A stretch of 64,000 bases of DNA from a virus: IMG/VR virus record IMGVR_UViG_3300008107_000012. One strand, written 5' to 3'. Numbering within the stretch: the stretch's first letter is position 1; the number at the start of each line of letters is the position of its first letter. Made by a program: the position numbers and the translations under genes. Shown here piece after piece: positions 9,572 to 18,764 of the stretch. The notes beneath the pieces are model-generated. The model searched no databases. It was not told where the DNA came from and saw nothing but the letters and a program-made list of their open reading frames with translations.

Positions 9572-9787
9572 ATGGAAAAGAAACTAATTGATGATGCGTT
9601 CTATATTGAAGCAAAATCTTGGGGAACGTGGCAATCTCATTATCCTGATGGGAAAGGTATTATAACTGCTCTCACAGAAGAGGAATGTGTAAGAGCAACA
9701 CGTTGGTATTTGAAAGCAAAACAAGAAGGTGAGTTTGACAAATCACCAGAAAAAACATATGATAGCACAGTTGGAGGAAAACTATGA
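9572..9787 (+). CDS. hypothetical cyanophage protein
   Basis: ORF ending YDSTVGGKL. Confidence 0.7.
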   Translation: MEKKLIDDAFYIEAKSWGTWQSHYPDGKGIITALTEEECVRATRWYLKAKQEGEFDKSPEKTYDSTVGGKL

Positions 9788-10065
9788 CATTACGCACTTT
9801 TGTTGATAAGAATGGTAATACCTGGGAGTGGAATGAAACTCCTGAAGTTCTTGAAGTTCTTAAGAACTTTCACGCAGGAAACTATGAAGGTCCTCTCTAT
9901 GCTCCTCATCCTGACCTAAAACAAACAAAAGATGAGTGATACTGACCCAACAAGTCCCTGGTACGAATTTCTTTCCTATTGTAGATGTTGTGAAAGTTTA
10001 GGTGTTCCTATTCGGGTTCAATCTTTTATGAGATACCAACGATATTTGAGAGAGATAGGTTTAGT

Positions 10066-10293
10066 ATGAAAAACTTTATTCGTTGGTTCTTTGGACCATC
10101 CAAGAAACCAATCGTAGAAGAGATTGACCTTTATGCAAAGATTTCTGAACTAGAACATCGTATTGTGAAACTAGAAGAAGAAAATGTAGAAACTACAAAC
10201 TGTCTTTATGAGTTAGGAAACTCTGTTAATGCAGTAGATGCACGAATTGATATTGTTCTAAATATTCCAAAACATTACGAAAACTTTAATTGA
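10066..10293 (+). CDS. hypothetical coiled-coil protein
   Basis: ORF. Confidence 0.65.
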   Translation: MKNFIRWFFGPSKKPIVEEIDLYAKISELEHRIVKLEEENVETTNCLYELGNSVNAVDARIDIVLNIPKHYENFN

Positions 10294-10298
10294 CGATT

Positions 10299-10589
10299 AT
10301 GGCTTATTCTATTACTCTCCGTTCTGTTGATGGTACTGAAGATGTTATTCAGTGTGAAGAAGATCAGTATATTCTTGAAGCAGCACAAGATGCTGGTGTA
10401 GACCTTCCTTATTCTTGCCGTGCAGGTGCTTGTAGTGCTTGTGCTGGTAAAGTGATTGAGGGTGAGGTTGATAACAGCGAGCAAACTTTCCTTGATGACG
10501 ATCAAATGGACCAAGGATTTAGTCTTCTGTGTGTAGCATATCCTTTGAGTGATTGTGTAATTCTCACGGAACAAGAAGAGAACCTGTGA
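10299..10589 (+). CDS. petF: plant-type [2Fe-2S] ferredoxin (auxiliary metabolic gene)
   Basis: [16 protein letters not shown]...LLCVAYP. Confidence 0.97.
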   Translation: MAYSITLRSVDGTEDVIQCEEDQYILEAAQDAGVDLPYSCRAGACSACAGKVIEGEVDNSEQTFLDDDQMDQGFSLLCVAYPLSDCVILTEQEENL

Positions 10590-10771
10590 TGTATGATGAC
10601 TTGAATAGTTTTGAGTCTGCATTAGCACACTTTGGAACTAGAGTTGATATCATCTGTGCCTTGGAACTTGGAGGAAAGATTGATGCTGAGACAGCTTATA
10701 AAAACATTAAAGACGAACTTAAAGACCTCAAAAAAGCACGAAAACGACAGAGAAAAGATGAGGAGGTGTGA
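10589..10771 (+). CDS. hypothetical cyanophage protein
   Basis: [16 protein letters not shown]..; coupled to petF. Confidence 0.7.
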   Translation: MYDDLNSFESALAHFGTRVDIICALELGGKIDAETAYKNIKDELKDLKKARKRQRKDEEV

Positions 10772-10886
10772 TAAGTGTGGTGAGGAGAAACCTCTTGACG
10801 AAAACCACTATCAGGTGGTAAAGTATTTTCGTCAGGGGTTCTCCTACTATTGTAACGATTGCTCTAAACCAAAACCCAAAGATTGA
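10758..10886 (+). CDS. small zinc-finger protein
   Basis: CDKC...CNDC. Confidence 0.6.
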   Translation: MRRCDKCGEEKPLDENHYQVVKYFRQGFSYYCNDCSKPKPKD

Positions 10887-10888
10887 TT

Positions 10889-11485
10889 ATGGACTTTGAT
10901 TACAAAAAATATTCACTTGAAAAACTGAATGAATGGATGCACGATGCAATCTCCTGCAGTGAAGCAACACCGCAGGAGATTTATGATGTGATTAAAGATG
11001 TAGTGAGTGAGAACTATTACACTTACAAGAATGAAACTGAAAAGTGTTATGAACTTCTGGCACTTTTGAATGGTAATGGCAAGGGTCACATTCAAGCATA
11101 TGATGATTATATTCGAGAGAATGAAGATGTGACATATGATTATCCCAATGAGAACGGCATTTATTTCTGCGAGAGTGATGACCCAGCACCTTATTGCAAA
11201 GGTTCTTGGAGTAGTTTCTGGAATGACGATCATACTGAAGCATTAACTTATGGAGAAATGGTTGACAAAGGTTATGAAATGACTGGTGATGGGTTTTGGA
11301 TTCCTCCACAAAAAGGTAAAGTAGTCAAGTGGCAACTTCCTGTAGAGGTTGATGGATTGTCTGGTGAATGTTATGTCAACTTTCCCGATGATTTGCTAGA
11401 AGCAGCAAATCTCAAAGAAGGTGATAAGGTAGAGTGGGTAGATAATAATGATGGTAGTTTTACACTGAGGAAAGTTAATAAATAA
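10889..11485 (+). CDS. hypothetical protein with C-terminal AbrB/MazE-like domain
   Basis: YVNFPDDLLEAANLKEGDKVEWVDNNDGSFTLRKV. Confidence 0.65.
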   Translation: MDFDYKKYSLEKLNEWMHDAISCSEATPQEIYDVIKDVVSENYYTYKNETEKCYELLALLNGNGKGHIQAYDDYIRENEDVTYDYPNENGIYFCESDDPAPYCKGSWSSFWNDDHTEALTYGEMVDKGYEMTGDGFWIPPQKGKVVKWQLPVEVDGLSGECYVNFPDDLLEAANLKEGDKVEWVDNNDGSFTLRKVNK

Positions 11486-11488
11486 CAA

Positions 11489-11538
11489 TACCTGAATGAC
11501 GGCAATCTTCAGGAGGAGGGTGAAAGTCCCTCCTTTTT
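11489..11538 (+). ncRNA. candidate antisense small RNA (copy 2)
   Basis: TAAATA 11479-11484; stem CCTGAA/TTCAGG; terminator AGGAGGG/CCCTCCT-TTTT; 11492-11504 pairs with 11553-11565; second TATAAATA 11541-11548. Confidence 0.6.
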
Positions 11539-11574
11539 ATTATAAATAATAATGCCGTCATTTAGAGTAGAGTT

Positions 11575-12411
11575 ATGGTAAATCCATATAGATTTTATAC
11601 TTATGCATATTTGCGTAAAGACAGAACTCCTTATTACATAGGTAAAGGTTCTGGATATAGAATTTATGATAAAGGTAGAAGAGAATTTAAACCGCCGAAA
11701 GATAAATCAAGAATAATATTCCTCAAGCAAAATCTCACCGAAGAAGACGCATTCAAGCACGAAAGATATATGATTGCGTTCTTTGGTAGAAAAGATTTAG
11801 GAACTGGTATTCTTCGTAATAGAACTGATGGTGGAGAAGGTGGTAGTGGATGTATTGCAAGTGAAGAAACTAGAAGAAAAAGAAGAGAGACGAGTATTGG
11901 AAGAATAGTATCTCAAAAAACTAGAGATAAAATAAGTAAAGCAAATACAGGTAAAACTCATTCTGAAGAAACTAAAAAGAAGTTAAGTGAAATTAACAAA
12001 GGTAAAAAAATAAGCAAGGAACATTTACAAAAATTACAAAAAGGAAGTTTAACAGAAGAAACTAGAAGAAAACTTAGTCAGGCACGCAAAGGAAAAAAAC
12101 TTTCAGATGAAACTAGAAAAAAATTGAGTGAATTACATAAAGGAAAAAAATTAAGTAAAGAACATATAGAAAAAATAAAACAAACAAAGATTAAAATCGG
12201 TGGTAAATATACATATGAAATAATTTCTCCACAAAATCAAATATTTAAATCTAACAATTTAAAACAATTTTGTAGAGAGCACAATTTGCATAGTAGTCAT
12301 ATGTCTGCTGTAAGTAGAGGTAAAATGCAGCACTATAAAGGATGGATAGTAACAAGAACTCTTAAATGCGAGTTGTTTGACAAAAATAAATTAAAATCGT
12401 ATAATATCTAA
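11575..12411 (+). CDS. GIY-YIG homing endonuclease with NUMOD3-like repeats
   Basis: FYTYAYLR..TPYYIGKG, LRNRTDGGEG, repeated (H)SEETRRKLS. Confidence 0.85.
   Translation: MVNPYRFYTYAYLRKDRTPYYIGKGSGYRIYDKGRREFKPPKDKSRIIFLKQNLTEEDAFKHERYMIAFFGRKDLGTGILRNRTDGGEGGSGCIASEETRRKRRETSIGRIVSQKTRDKISKANTGKTHSEETKKKLSEINKGKKISKEHLQKLQKGSLTEETRRKLSQARKGKKLSDETRKKLSELHKGKKLSKEHIEKIKQTKIKIGGKYTYEIISPQNQIFKSNNLKQFCREHNLHSSHMSAVSRGKMQHYKGWIVTRTLKCELFDKNKLKSYNI
12377..12405 (+). promoter_or_regulatory. consensus sigma70 promoter inside 3' end of endonuclease
   Basis: TTGACA 12377-12382, 17 bp, TATAAT 12400-12405. Confidence 0.8.
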
Positions 12412-12427
12412 GTATAAGGAGTTAAAA

Positions 12428-12655
12428 ATGGCATTATCGTCTGCTACTTTAGAGCACCTACTTGAGGCAGAAAGTCATCTGCGAGCAGCAATTAGAAATG
12501 CTGCTTCTTCGGAAAAACCTTTGGTTATTCAACAACTCTCTAAAATCCTTCTTGATATGGAACAATGCAAGAAGTTTGAGGAGATTATGGATATGCTTGA
12601 AGACCGCAAACCTGGAAGCAAAGGTAACTTTGGTTCTTTCTTTGATAATGATTAA
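12428..12655 (+). CDS. hypothetical cyanophage protein
   Basis: ORF with AGGAG SD. Confidence 0.75.
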   Translation: MALSSATLEHLLEAESHLRAAIRNAASSEKPLVIQQLSKILLDMEQCKKFEEIMDMLEDRKPGSKGNFGSFFDND

Positions 12656-12745
12656 GTTTTGTAACAACACTCTAAAGACATCATTAAGGAATCGCACTTC
12701 TCTCTTAAATACTGTTAGGATATGAAGATATATGGGAGCAAAACG

Positions 12746-12910
12746 ATGACTTATTCCAAGAAGAATACCAGTGAACTCACACAAACTGAATGGGATGAAA
12801 TGGTTGCTCTTAAGAAAGCTATAAACTACGATATTACTCAAGTTCATCCAGAAAAGATGGAACAGTTTACTGAGTATCTTGTTCGCAGTCTTAAAGAAAA
12901 GGGTGGTTGA
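12746..12910 (+). CDS. hypothetical protein
   Basis: ORF. Confidence 0.6.
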   Translation: MTYSKKNTSELTQTEWDEMVALKKAINYDITQVHPEKMEQFTEYLVRSLKEKGG

Positions 12911-12941
12911 TAAATAATAAAAGAGTGTTTAATGTATTCAA

Positions 12942-13739
12942 ATGCTAGATGAGGGAAGAAAGAGAGATGCTGCTGCAAATGCTGTTCTAGCATTATCATT
13001 TGCAGCAAATGCAGCACAATCACCACAATCACTAGTTTCATCAGGTAAAGTAGAAGCACCTGGAGTTGCAAATATGCAGAGATTGATGGACCCTCGTAAA
13101 AAAAGAAAGGATTTAGATTTACAAAGAGTTTCTCATTCTGCAAGAAATAAGACTTTTAGAGAATTTGTAGAAGAAGCATCTTTAATTGAAGCAAAAAAAC
13201 CATCATTTTCAAGTCGTGCAGAATTAGAAAAACATCACGGTGGAATTCCTAAAGGAATGTATGCAAATAATGCTGGTAGTACTGAAAAACCAAAGTGGAG
13301 ATTAAAACCAAAATCAGGTGGTGCTCAAGAAAGAAAATCAAGAGCAGAGAGAATTGCAAGTTTAAGTTCTCCAGAAGAAAGAAAGGCAGCAGATGTAAAA
13401 AAGAAAAAATTACAAAGAGCAGGATTAGAAGCACATCACATCACTCCAACACATTACTCTGCAAAGATTAAAGCATCTATGAGTGATGCTGAGTGGGAAG
13501 CAAGAAAGAAAAGAGATGCTGCAAGTGGAATATATCACGGGCATCATCATAAAAATGTAATGGGAGCAACTACAGAAAGAACTCCAGAAAGTAGAAGAAG
13601 AAGAGGAATTGCCCATAGAGCAGGTGGAGCACATGAACTTGAAGGAAAGACTAAAGATATTGCACACGTTGGACACAAAGGATTACTTGCGGCAGCACAT
13701 AAAGCAAAACTAAGAAAAGAAAAAGAAGCAAAGAAATAA
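12942..13739 (+). CDS. basic late protein with internal capsid-targeting-like motif and HNH-like C-terminus
   Basis: TAAATA 12911-12916; KTFREFVEE; EAHHITP...GHHHKN...H....H. Confidence 0.65.
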   Translation: MLDEGRKRDAAANAVLALSFAANAAQSPQSLVSSGKVEAPGVANMQRLMDPRKKRKDLDLQRVSHSARNKTFREFVEEASLIEAKKPSFSSRAELEKHHGGIPKGMYANNAGSTEKPKWRLKPKSGGAQERKSRAERIASLSSPEERKAADVKKKKLQRAGLEAHHITPTHYSAKIKASMSDAEWEARKKRDAASGIYHGHHHKNVMGATTERTPESRRRRGIAHRAGGAHELEGKTKDIAHVGHKGLLAAAHKAKLRKEKEAKK

Positions 13740-13758
13740 ATAACTAAAAAGTATAAAG

Positions 13759-14139
13759 ATGAAAACTTTTAGAAAGTTTCTAGAAGAAGCAAAGGCACCA
13801 AAACCTGATGCTCTAGAAACGATTCAAAGAAAAACAAAAGGAAGAACACCAGGAATGAAGTATGTTGTTCATACTACAAGTTCTGGTGATATTCGTGTAG
13901 ATAACATTGAAGTTCCAGAGAATCAAAGAGGCAAAGGAATTGCAAAAAGAACATTTAAAGGACTTCATAAATATGCAGATAAGATTGGTAAAAATGTTTC
14001 TTTGACCCCAGTTGCAAAACCAGGATATAAAGAAAAATTAGATAGGATGTATAGAAATCTAGGTTATCGAGACCGCACACCTTCGGATAAAATTGCTGGT
14101 GCAGATACAATGATTCGTACCCCCAAGGAGAAAAAATGA
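13759..14139 (+). CDS. GNAT-like acetyltransferase with capsid-targeting N-terminus
   Basis: MKTFRKFLEE; NIEVPENQRGKGIA; MYRNLGY; TAAATA 13737-13742. Confidence 0.7.
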   Translation: MKTFRKFLEEAKAPKPDALETIQRKTKGRTPGMKYVVHTTSSGDIRVDNIEVPENQRGKGIAKRTFKGLHKYADKIGKNVSLTPVAKPGYKEKLDRMYRNLGYRDRTPSDKIAGADTMIRTPKEKK

Positions 14140-14789
14140 AAACGTTTCAAGAGTTTGTTTTAGAATGTTATGAACTTGAAGAAAGTTCAGGTTCTGAATT
14201 AGGTAGAAGAAGATTATCTTCTCGTGGTCCCAGTTCAAATAGGTCTGATAGAAATAAACAAAGACAAGATAAATCAAATAGAGCAGCACTTTCAAAAGCT
14301 GGATTTAGTAGGTCTCCAAGGCCCGTAACTGGTAAAGGAGGACGCAAAACTAAATGGACGGAAACTTCTACATCATCTCATCACGATACGGAAACGGGAA
14401 CCTATGCAAATCAATCTGATTATGCGGCATCAAAGATTGGAAATCTAGGACCAAAAGGAAAGAAACCAACAAGTAAAAGAGCACTCCAAGCAAAACAAGT
14501 TAGAAAGCAACTTGGTGGAGATAGAACATCAAGACCAGTTCACGATGTTGCTGTGAACAAGAAAAGAACTTATGATGATGATAATTCTAGTACTATGACG
14601 AAAGGAAGAAGTTTTAGGAAAGAAGTTACTAAAGGAGTTTCTGATAATCTTAAAAAGGCAGGAGCAAAATCTGGAGATATTGTAACATCAACTCCTACTA
14701 GTGATTCTAGGTCTAGAATGTATGGAAAAACTCATAATACTAAAACCAGTAAGAGAACTGGCATTACTGTTAATAGAATTACGAAATAG
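14136..14789 (+). CDS. putative internal head protein (basic)
   Basis: MKTFQEFVLE resembles T4 CTS MKTYQEFIAE. Confidence 0.7.
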   Translation: MKTFQEFVLECYELEESSGSELGRRRLSSRGPSSNRSDRNKQRQDKSNRAALSKAGFSRSPRPVTGKGGRKTKWTETSTSSHHDTETGTYANQSDYAASKIGNLGPKGKKPTSKRALQAKQVRKQLGGDRTSRPVHDVAVNKKRTYDDDNSSTMTKGRSFRKEVTKGVSDNLKKAGAKSGDIVTSTPTSDSRSRMYGKTHNTKTSKRTGITVNRITK

Positions 14790-14799
14790 GCAAAATCAA

Positions 14800-15549
14800 A
14801 TGAAAACCTTTAAAGAGTTTATTTTAGAATGTTATGAACTTGAAGAAAGTTCAACTGGTGAAAGAAGTGGTAGAAGAACCAGAGGTAAAGTAACTCTTGC
14901 CCGTGGTCGTGGTGCTGATATGACCCGTCAAGAAAGAACTACTGCTTCTATCGCAAAGAAAGCAGGACTTAAAGGAACTGGTAAGTATTCCACTAAAGAC
15001 TTAAGAGCAAAGTCTAAAGATTATACAACTTATGATAGTGAAGATGATTTAGATGATATTGGAAGCACTAAACAGGACCACGTTATTCATAGTTATTCTT
15101 CTGCAAGAAAAGCAGCAAAAGGGGAAAATTTAATTTCTAAAAATAAAAGAGAAGGAAAAACACCATCTTCAAGTGATAGTGTAAGAAAAGTGAAAGATTT
15201 GAAAAAGAATATAATAAAAGCAGGTGCGAATAAAAGAGGAAAAGTTCATACTGTGGATATTTTGCCTCGTGATAGTAATTTCACTAAAAACGACCCTGAC
15301 CAACAAATGGAAAGAGGTAGAAACTATATTGCTGCAGTAAAAGACACTCCAAATCAATTAAAGAAAGCAGGAGCAAAAAAAGGTGAGGTAGTAACTGGCA
15401 GACCTGCTGCTGTTCTTCCTGGAGAAACAACTAATTTGAAGATGAAAAAAACTGGAGAATCAAAAAGGGCAAAACTATATAAAAAAGTATTTGGTAAAAA
15501 AAGTAGTGAATTATCAAACAAAACTGGACTTATGGTAGGTAAAGTGTAA
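14800..15549 (+). CDS. putative internal head protein, paralog of 14136..14789
   Basis: MKTFKEFILECYELEESS; shared LKKAGAK.G..VT..P. Confidence 0.7.
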   Translation: MKTFKEFILECYELEESSTGERSGRRTRGKVTLARGRGADMTRQERTTASIAKKAGLKGTGKYSTKDLRAKSKDYTTYDSEDDLDDIGSTKQDHVIHSYSSARKAAKGENLISKNKREGKTPSSSDSVRKVKDLKKNIIKAGANKRGKVHTVDILPRDSNFTKNDPDQQMERGRNYIAAVKDTPNQLKKAGAKKGEVVTGRPAAVLPGETTNLKMKKTGESKRAKLYKKVFGKKSSELSNKTGLMVGKV

Positions 15550-15851
15550 TGAAAACCTTTCAGCAGTTTATTTTAGAAGCATCTGCAACTGAAAGATTAA
15601 TTCGCAAGTCTGCTGAATTGATTAAAGCAAATAAAAATCCAGATATTTATAAAAACCTTCTAAAGAAAGCAACTGAAAGATTACGTCCAAAAGATAGTAT
15701 TGACTATCCTGGTAGAACTTCTGCTAGAAGAGATAAAACTCTCATTCCATCTCATAGAACCAGTAGTTTTCCAGAACTTGCTGGTATTTCTACAAAAACT
15801 AAAGACCCAAAGAAATTAAGAAAACAAAGAGCACTTGGAGAAATCTCTTGA
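15549..15851 (+). CDS. putative internal head protein
   Basis: MKTFQQFILE. Confidence 0.7.
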   Translation: MKTFQQFILEASATERLIRKSAELIKANKNPDIYKNLLKKATERLRPKDSIDYPGRTSARRDKTLIPSHRTSSFPELAGISTKTKDPKKLRKQRALGEIS

Positions 15852-15910
15852 TGTGCCAGTTCCAAAACTGTCCACCAGACCCCTCACGGGGTCTTTTTTT
15901 GTGCTATGAT
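15852..15910 (+). promoter_or_regulatory. early promoter cassette with embedded terminator
   Basis: TGTGCCAGTTCCAAAACTGTCCA; AGACCCC-TCAC-GGGGTCT-T6; TGcTATGAT. Confidence 0.75.
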
Positions 15911-15934
15911 TACGGAGTAATCGAAAGAGATGTG

Positions 15935-16168
15935 ATGACTAAACTTCTTGAGTTTGCTGATTCCAGTGCAATCTCCAAGATTTCTCTGGACAATGATAAT
16001 AATGAGGTTGGAATTTCTTTTACTTCCAAACCTGATAACTTTTATCTCTTTGAGTGTGATGATGTGAGTGAGTTTGAGACTAAGGTGAATGAAGTTGTGA
16101 ATGTAAAGGGAAGTCTTGGGAAGTTTATTGCATCTTCCCGTAAAGATGGAACTCTGACTGCTGTGTGA
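15935..16168 (+). CDS. KTSC-like domain protein
   Basis: SSAISKISLD..VGISF..FYLF..GSLGKF. Confidence 0.55.
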   Translation: MTKLLEFADSSAISKISLDNDNNEVGISFTSKPDNFYLFECDDVSEFETKVNEVVNVKGSLGKFIASSRKDGTLTAV

Positions 16169-16210
16169 GAAGTTGACCATTATGACTTTTTGAGTTATAA
16201 TGGTTTTATT

Positions 16211-16295
16211 GTTACCTTGTTGAAACTGGCAGACAAATCAGATTTTAATATCTGATGGGTAGACACCCGTGCAGGTTCGACCCCTGCAGGTAACT
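16211..16295 (+). tRNA. atypical class II (Leu-like) tRNA with 8-nt anticodon loop; possibly pseudo
   Basis: Acceptor GTTACCT/AGGTAAC, D-loop GG, stem TCAGA/TCTGA with loop TTTTAATA, variable arm GGGT/ACCC, T-arm GCAGG-TTCGACC-CCTGC; no CCA. Confidence 0.75.
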
Positions 16296-16346
16296 ATTGC
16301 CCGAAAGGGCAAATCGTACAATCTAACTTACAGGATTACCTAACTT

Positions 16347-16928
16347 ATGATTACGACAGAACAATTTAAGCAAATTTGCGAAACTGAATTTGATTGGAAT
16401 ATGATCTTTGGTGCAGTCAAAGATGCATATTCAGATAAAGGGTTTAAGAGCAATTCTGATAACTTTCTGCGAGCAAAAGTATTTGAACTTGCTATTGCTT
16501 GCTACTCTCAAGTTGAATATGTTGACAAAGACGGAGTTGATTTTCTCCTAAAAGTTCTTGGTGAATGTGTTCGCATTGAAGCAAAGTTCCTCAAAGGATT
16601 CTTCAAAAAAGATGGAACTTGCAAAGAAGTAAAAATGAAAAATTATCGGGGTGATGTGACCGAAGTTGCATTTAACCGATATAAAACTGAAGACAAGTTT
16701 GATTATGTAATGATTATTGACCGTGATTCATATAAGGTTGCTATTGCTTCTCGTGAAACGGCACAAAAGTATTATGTAAGCAAAGGTGATGGAGTAATGG
16801 TCCAATTCCCAATCAATGAACTTTCAGTTCTTGATCTGGATATTGCAAACTTTACTTTCCCAGCATCCCCTGATAGACTGTCTGATCTCCTTCGAGAAAC
16901 AATGATTAACTGGATTAAGAATAGATGA
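16347..16928 (+). CDS. putative PD-(D/E)xK restriction-like endonuclease
   Basis: FE...GVDF...IEAK motif; overlaps methylase start. Confidence 0.6.
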   Translation: MITTEQFKQICETEFDWNMIFGAVKDAYSDKGFKSNSDNFLRAKVFELAIACYSQVEYVDKDGVDFLLKVLGECVRIEAKFLKGFFKKDGTCKEVKMKNYRGDVTEVAFNRYKTEDKFDYVMIIDRDSYKVAIASRETAQKYYVSKGDGVMVQFPINELSVLDLDIANFTFPASPDRLSDLLRETMINWIKNR

Positions 16929-17779
16929 AACAATTCCCTTTGAAAACAGCATTACGTTATCCGGGAGGTAAGAGTAAAGCACTTAAAACTCTTGCCCCTT
17001 GGTTTCCTAGTGATTTCAAAGAATATAGAGAACCATTTATTGGTGGTGGAAGTGTTGCTTTGATGGTTTCCCAAAACTATCCAACACTTCCCGTTTGGAT
17101 TAACGACAAGTATTTTTATCTTTATAATTTCTGGGTTCAACTTCGTGATAATGGAACTGAACTTGCAGAAAGACTAAAGAAGATTAAAACAGATATTCTT
17201 GGAGACGATGATGCTCATAAAGAACTGTTTAATGATTATGCTCAAACTATTGGTGATTTAGAACCAATAGAGAAAGCAGTTGCATTCTTTGTAATGAATA
17301 AGTGTTCTTATTCTGGTCTTACAGAGAATTCAACATTCTCAGTACAGGCATCACGTTCTAATTTTTCTCTGGTTGGTATTGATAAACTCCCACAGTATTC
17401 TCATATCATTCGCAACTGGAAGATTACTAATCTTGACTATGCAGAGGTAATGAATGCTGATGGTGATAATGCATTTGTATTCCTAGACCCACCATACGAT
17501 ATTAAAGATTTCTTGTATGGAACTGGAAGACAACTGCATTCTTCATTCTCTCATCAACGATTTGCAGATGATGTAGATAAGTGTCCTCATCGGGTTATGA
17601 TTACCTATAATATCAACGATTGGATTGTAGAGAGATATAAGAATTACCATCAAAGAGAGTGGGAACTTCGATATTCTATGGTTCATCGTGGAGAAAAAGG
17701 AACAAAAGATAATGTAAAGAAAGAACTTCTAATTACAAACTACGATACAAATAATCTTTATAACTTGTTTGGAGAATAA
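16925..17779 (+). CDS. dam: Dam-family (D12 class) N6-adenine DNA methyltransferase
   Basis: LRYPGGKS, EPFIGGGS, FLDPPY, ELLITNY. Confidence 0.92.
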   Translation: MKQFPLKTALRYPGGKSKALKTLAPWFPSDFKEYREPFIGGGSVALMVSQNYPTLPVWINDKYFYLYNFWVQLRDNGTELAERLKKIKTDILGDDDAHKELFNDYAQTIGDLEPIEKAVAFFVMNKCSYSGLTENSTFSVQASRSNFSLVGIDKLPQYSHIIRNWKITNLDYAEVMNADGDNAFVFLDPPYDIKDFLYGTGRQLHSSFSHQRFADDVDKCPHRVMITYNINDWIVERYKNYHQREWELRYSMVHRGEKGTKDNVKKELLITNYDTNNLYNLFGE

Positions 17780-17960
17780 TATGGAAGGATTTGTGGTTGG
17801 GAAAGGAATGGAATACGCTGCCATTCCTTTTGGTGAAGAATTGATGATTGTTTATAAAGGTCAGCAACTTAAAGTTTGTAAAACTGAAGATGCTGCTAGA
17901 AAGTTTATTGACAATCACAAGAAAGGTAAAAGTGTAGCAAAACTCCCCCTGGACGGTTGA
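17769..17960 (+). CDS. hypothetical protein
   Basis: ORF. Confidence 0.65.
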   Translation: MENNMEGFVVGKGMEYAAIPFGEELMIVYKGQQLKVCKTEDAARKFIDNHKKGKSVAKLPLDG

Positions 17961-18007
17961 AGAACTGGCACACAGGTCTCCCAAACCGAGACCTGATGCT
18001 CTATGAT
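17951..18007 (+). promoter_or_regulatory. early promoter cassette
   Basis: GGACGGTTGAAGAACTGGCACA; inner stem CAGGTCTC/GAGACCTG; TATGAT 18002-18007. Confidence 0.75.
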
Positions 18008-18032
18008 AACTAGGTAATCAAGAAAACCACTG

Positions 18033-18449
18033 ATGTCTACCCGTTCCCGAATTGGTCTTGAACTTGCTGATGGTTCTATTCTTTCTGCATATCATCATTA
18101 TGATGGTTATCCCGAATGGTTGGGTCGCATCCTGAATACTCACTACAACACCAAAGAGAAAGTCGCAGAGTTGATTGACGGTGGTGATATGTCTTGCTGC
18201 TGGACAAATATGCGATGGACTAAAGAAGGTGCTAAAGAAGTTGAGGAGTACGGTGCAGAGTATTACTCTGGTCGTGGTGATGATTGCCCTCCTCGACTTG
18301 ATAAAGATATGGATGAGTTCTTTGCTGATAATGAAGAGTATTCTTATATCTTCCGTAACGGCAACTGGTATGCTTATGATATGCACCAGTTTGAGGATAT
18401 GGTTGCACCCGAACCAATCGAAATTCCATCTGCCCCTCTTCACGTTTGA
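18033..18449 (+). CDS. conserved phage early protein
   Basis: MSTRSRIG..YHHYDGYP..LG. Confidence 0.8.
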   Translation: MSTRSRIGLELADGSILSAYHHYDGYPEWLGRILNTHYNTKEKVAELIDGGDMSCCWTNMRWTKEGAKEVEEYGAEYYSGRGDDCPPRLDKDMDEFFADNEEYSYIFRNGNWYAYDMHQFEDMVAPEPIEIPSAPLHV

Positions 18450-18764
18450 GTTATGAAACCAAAGTATCTTGCTGCTGGACTGATTGCTTTCTCTGCTGTG
18501 ATTGGATGGAATGTCTTTCTAGTTCAACGTGATGATGCGATGTATAAAGAATACTATCGTCGTCAAGCAATAGAGAACATTAAACATCCACCCAGTAATC
18601 AAATCAAATGAGTTTATCACTTGCAATCGCAATCTATGCTGCTATTGTTGCCGTGGTCTCATCTATCTTAACTTATTATTTTAAGGTGATGAGACCAAGG
18701 GAAGAGGAGGAACTTAGGAATAAGTAAGTCTATTTTTATAAATACCTAAAAAAGTATTTGTAAA

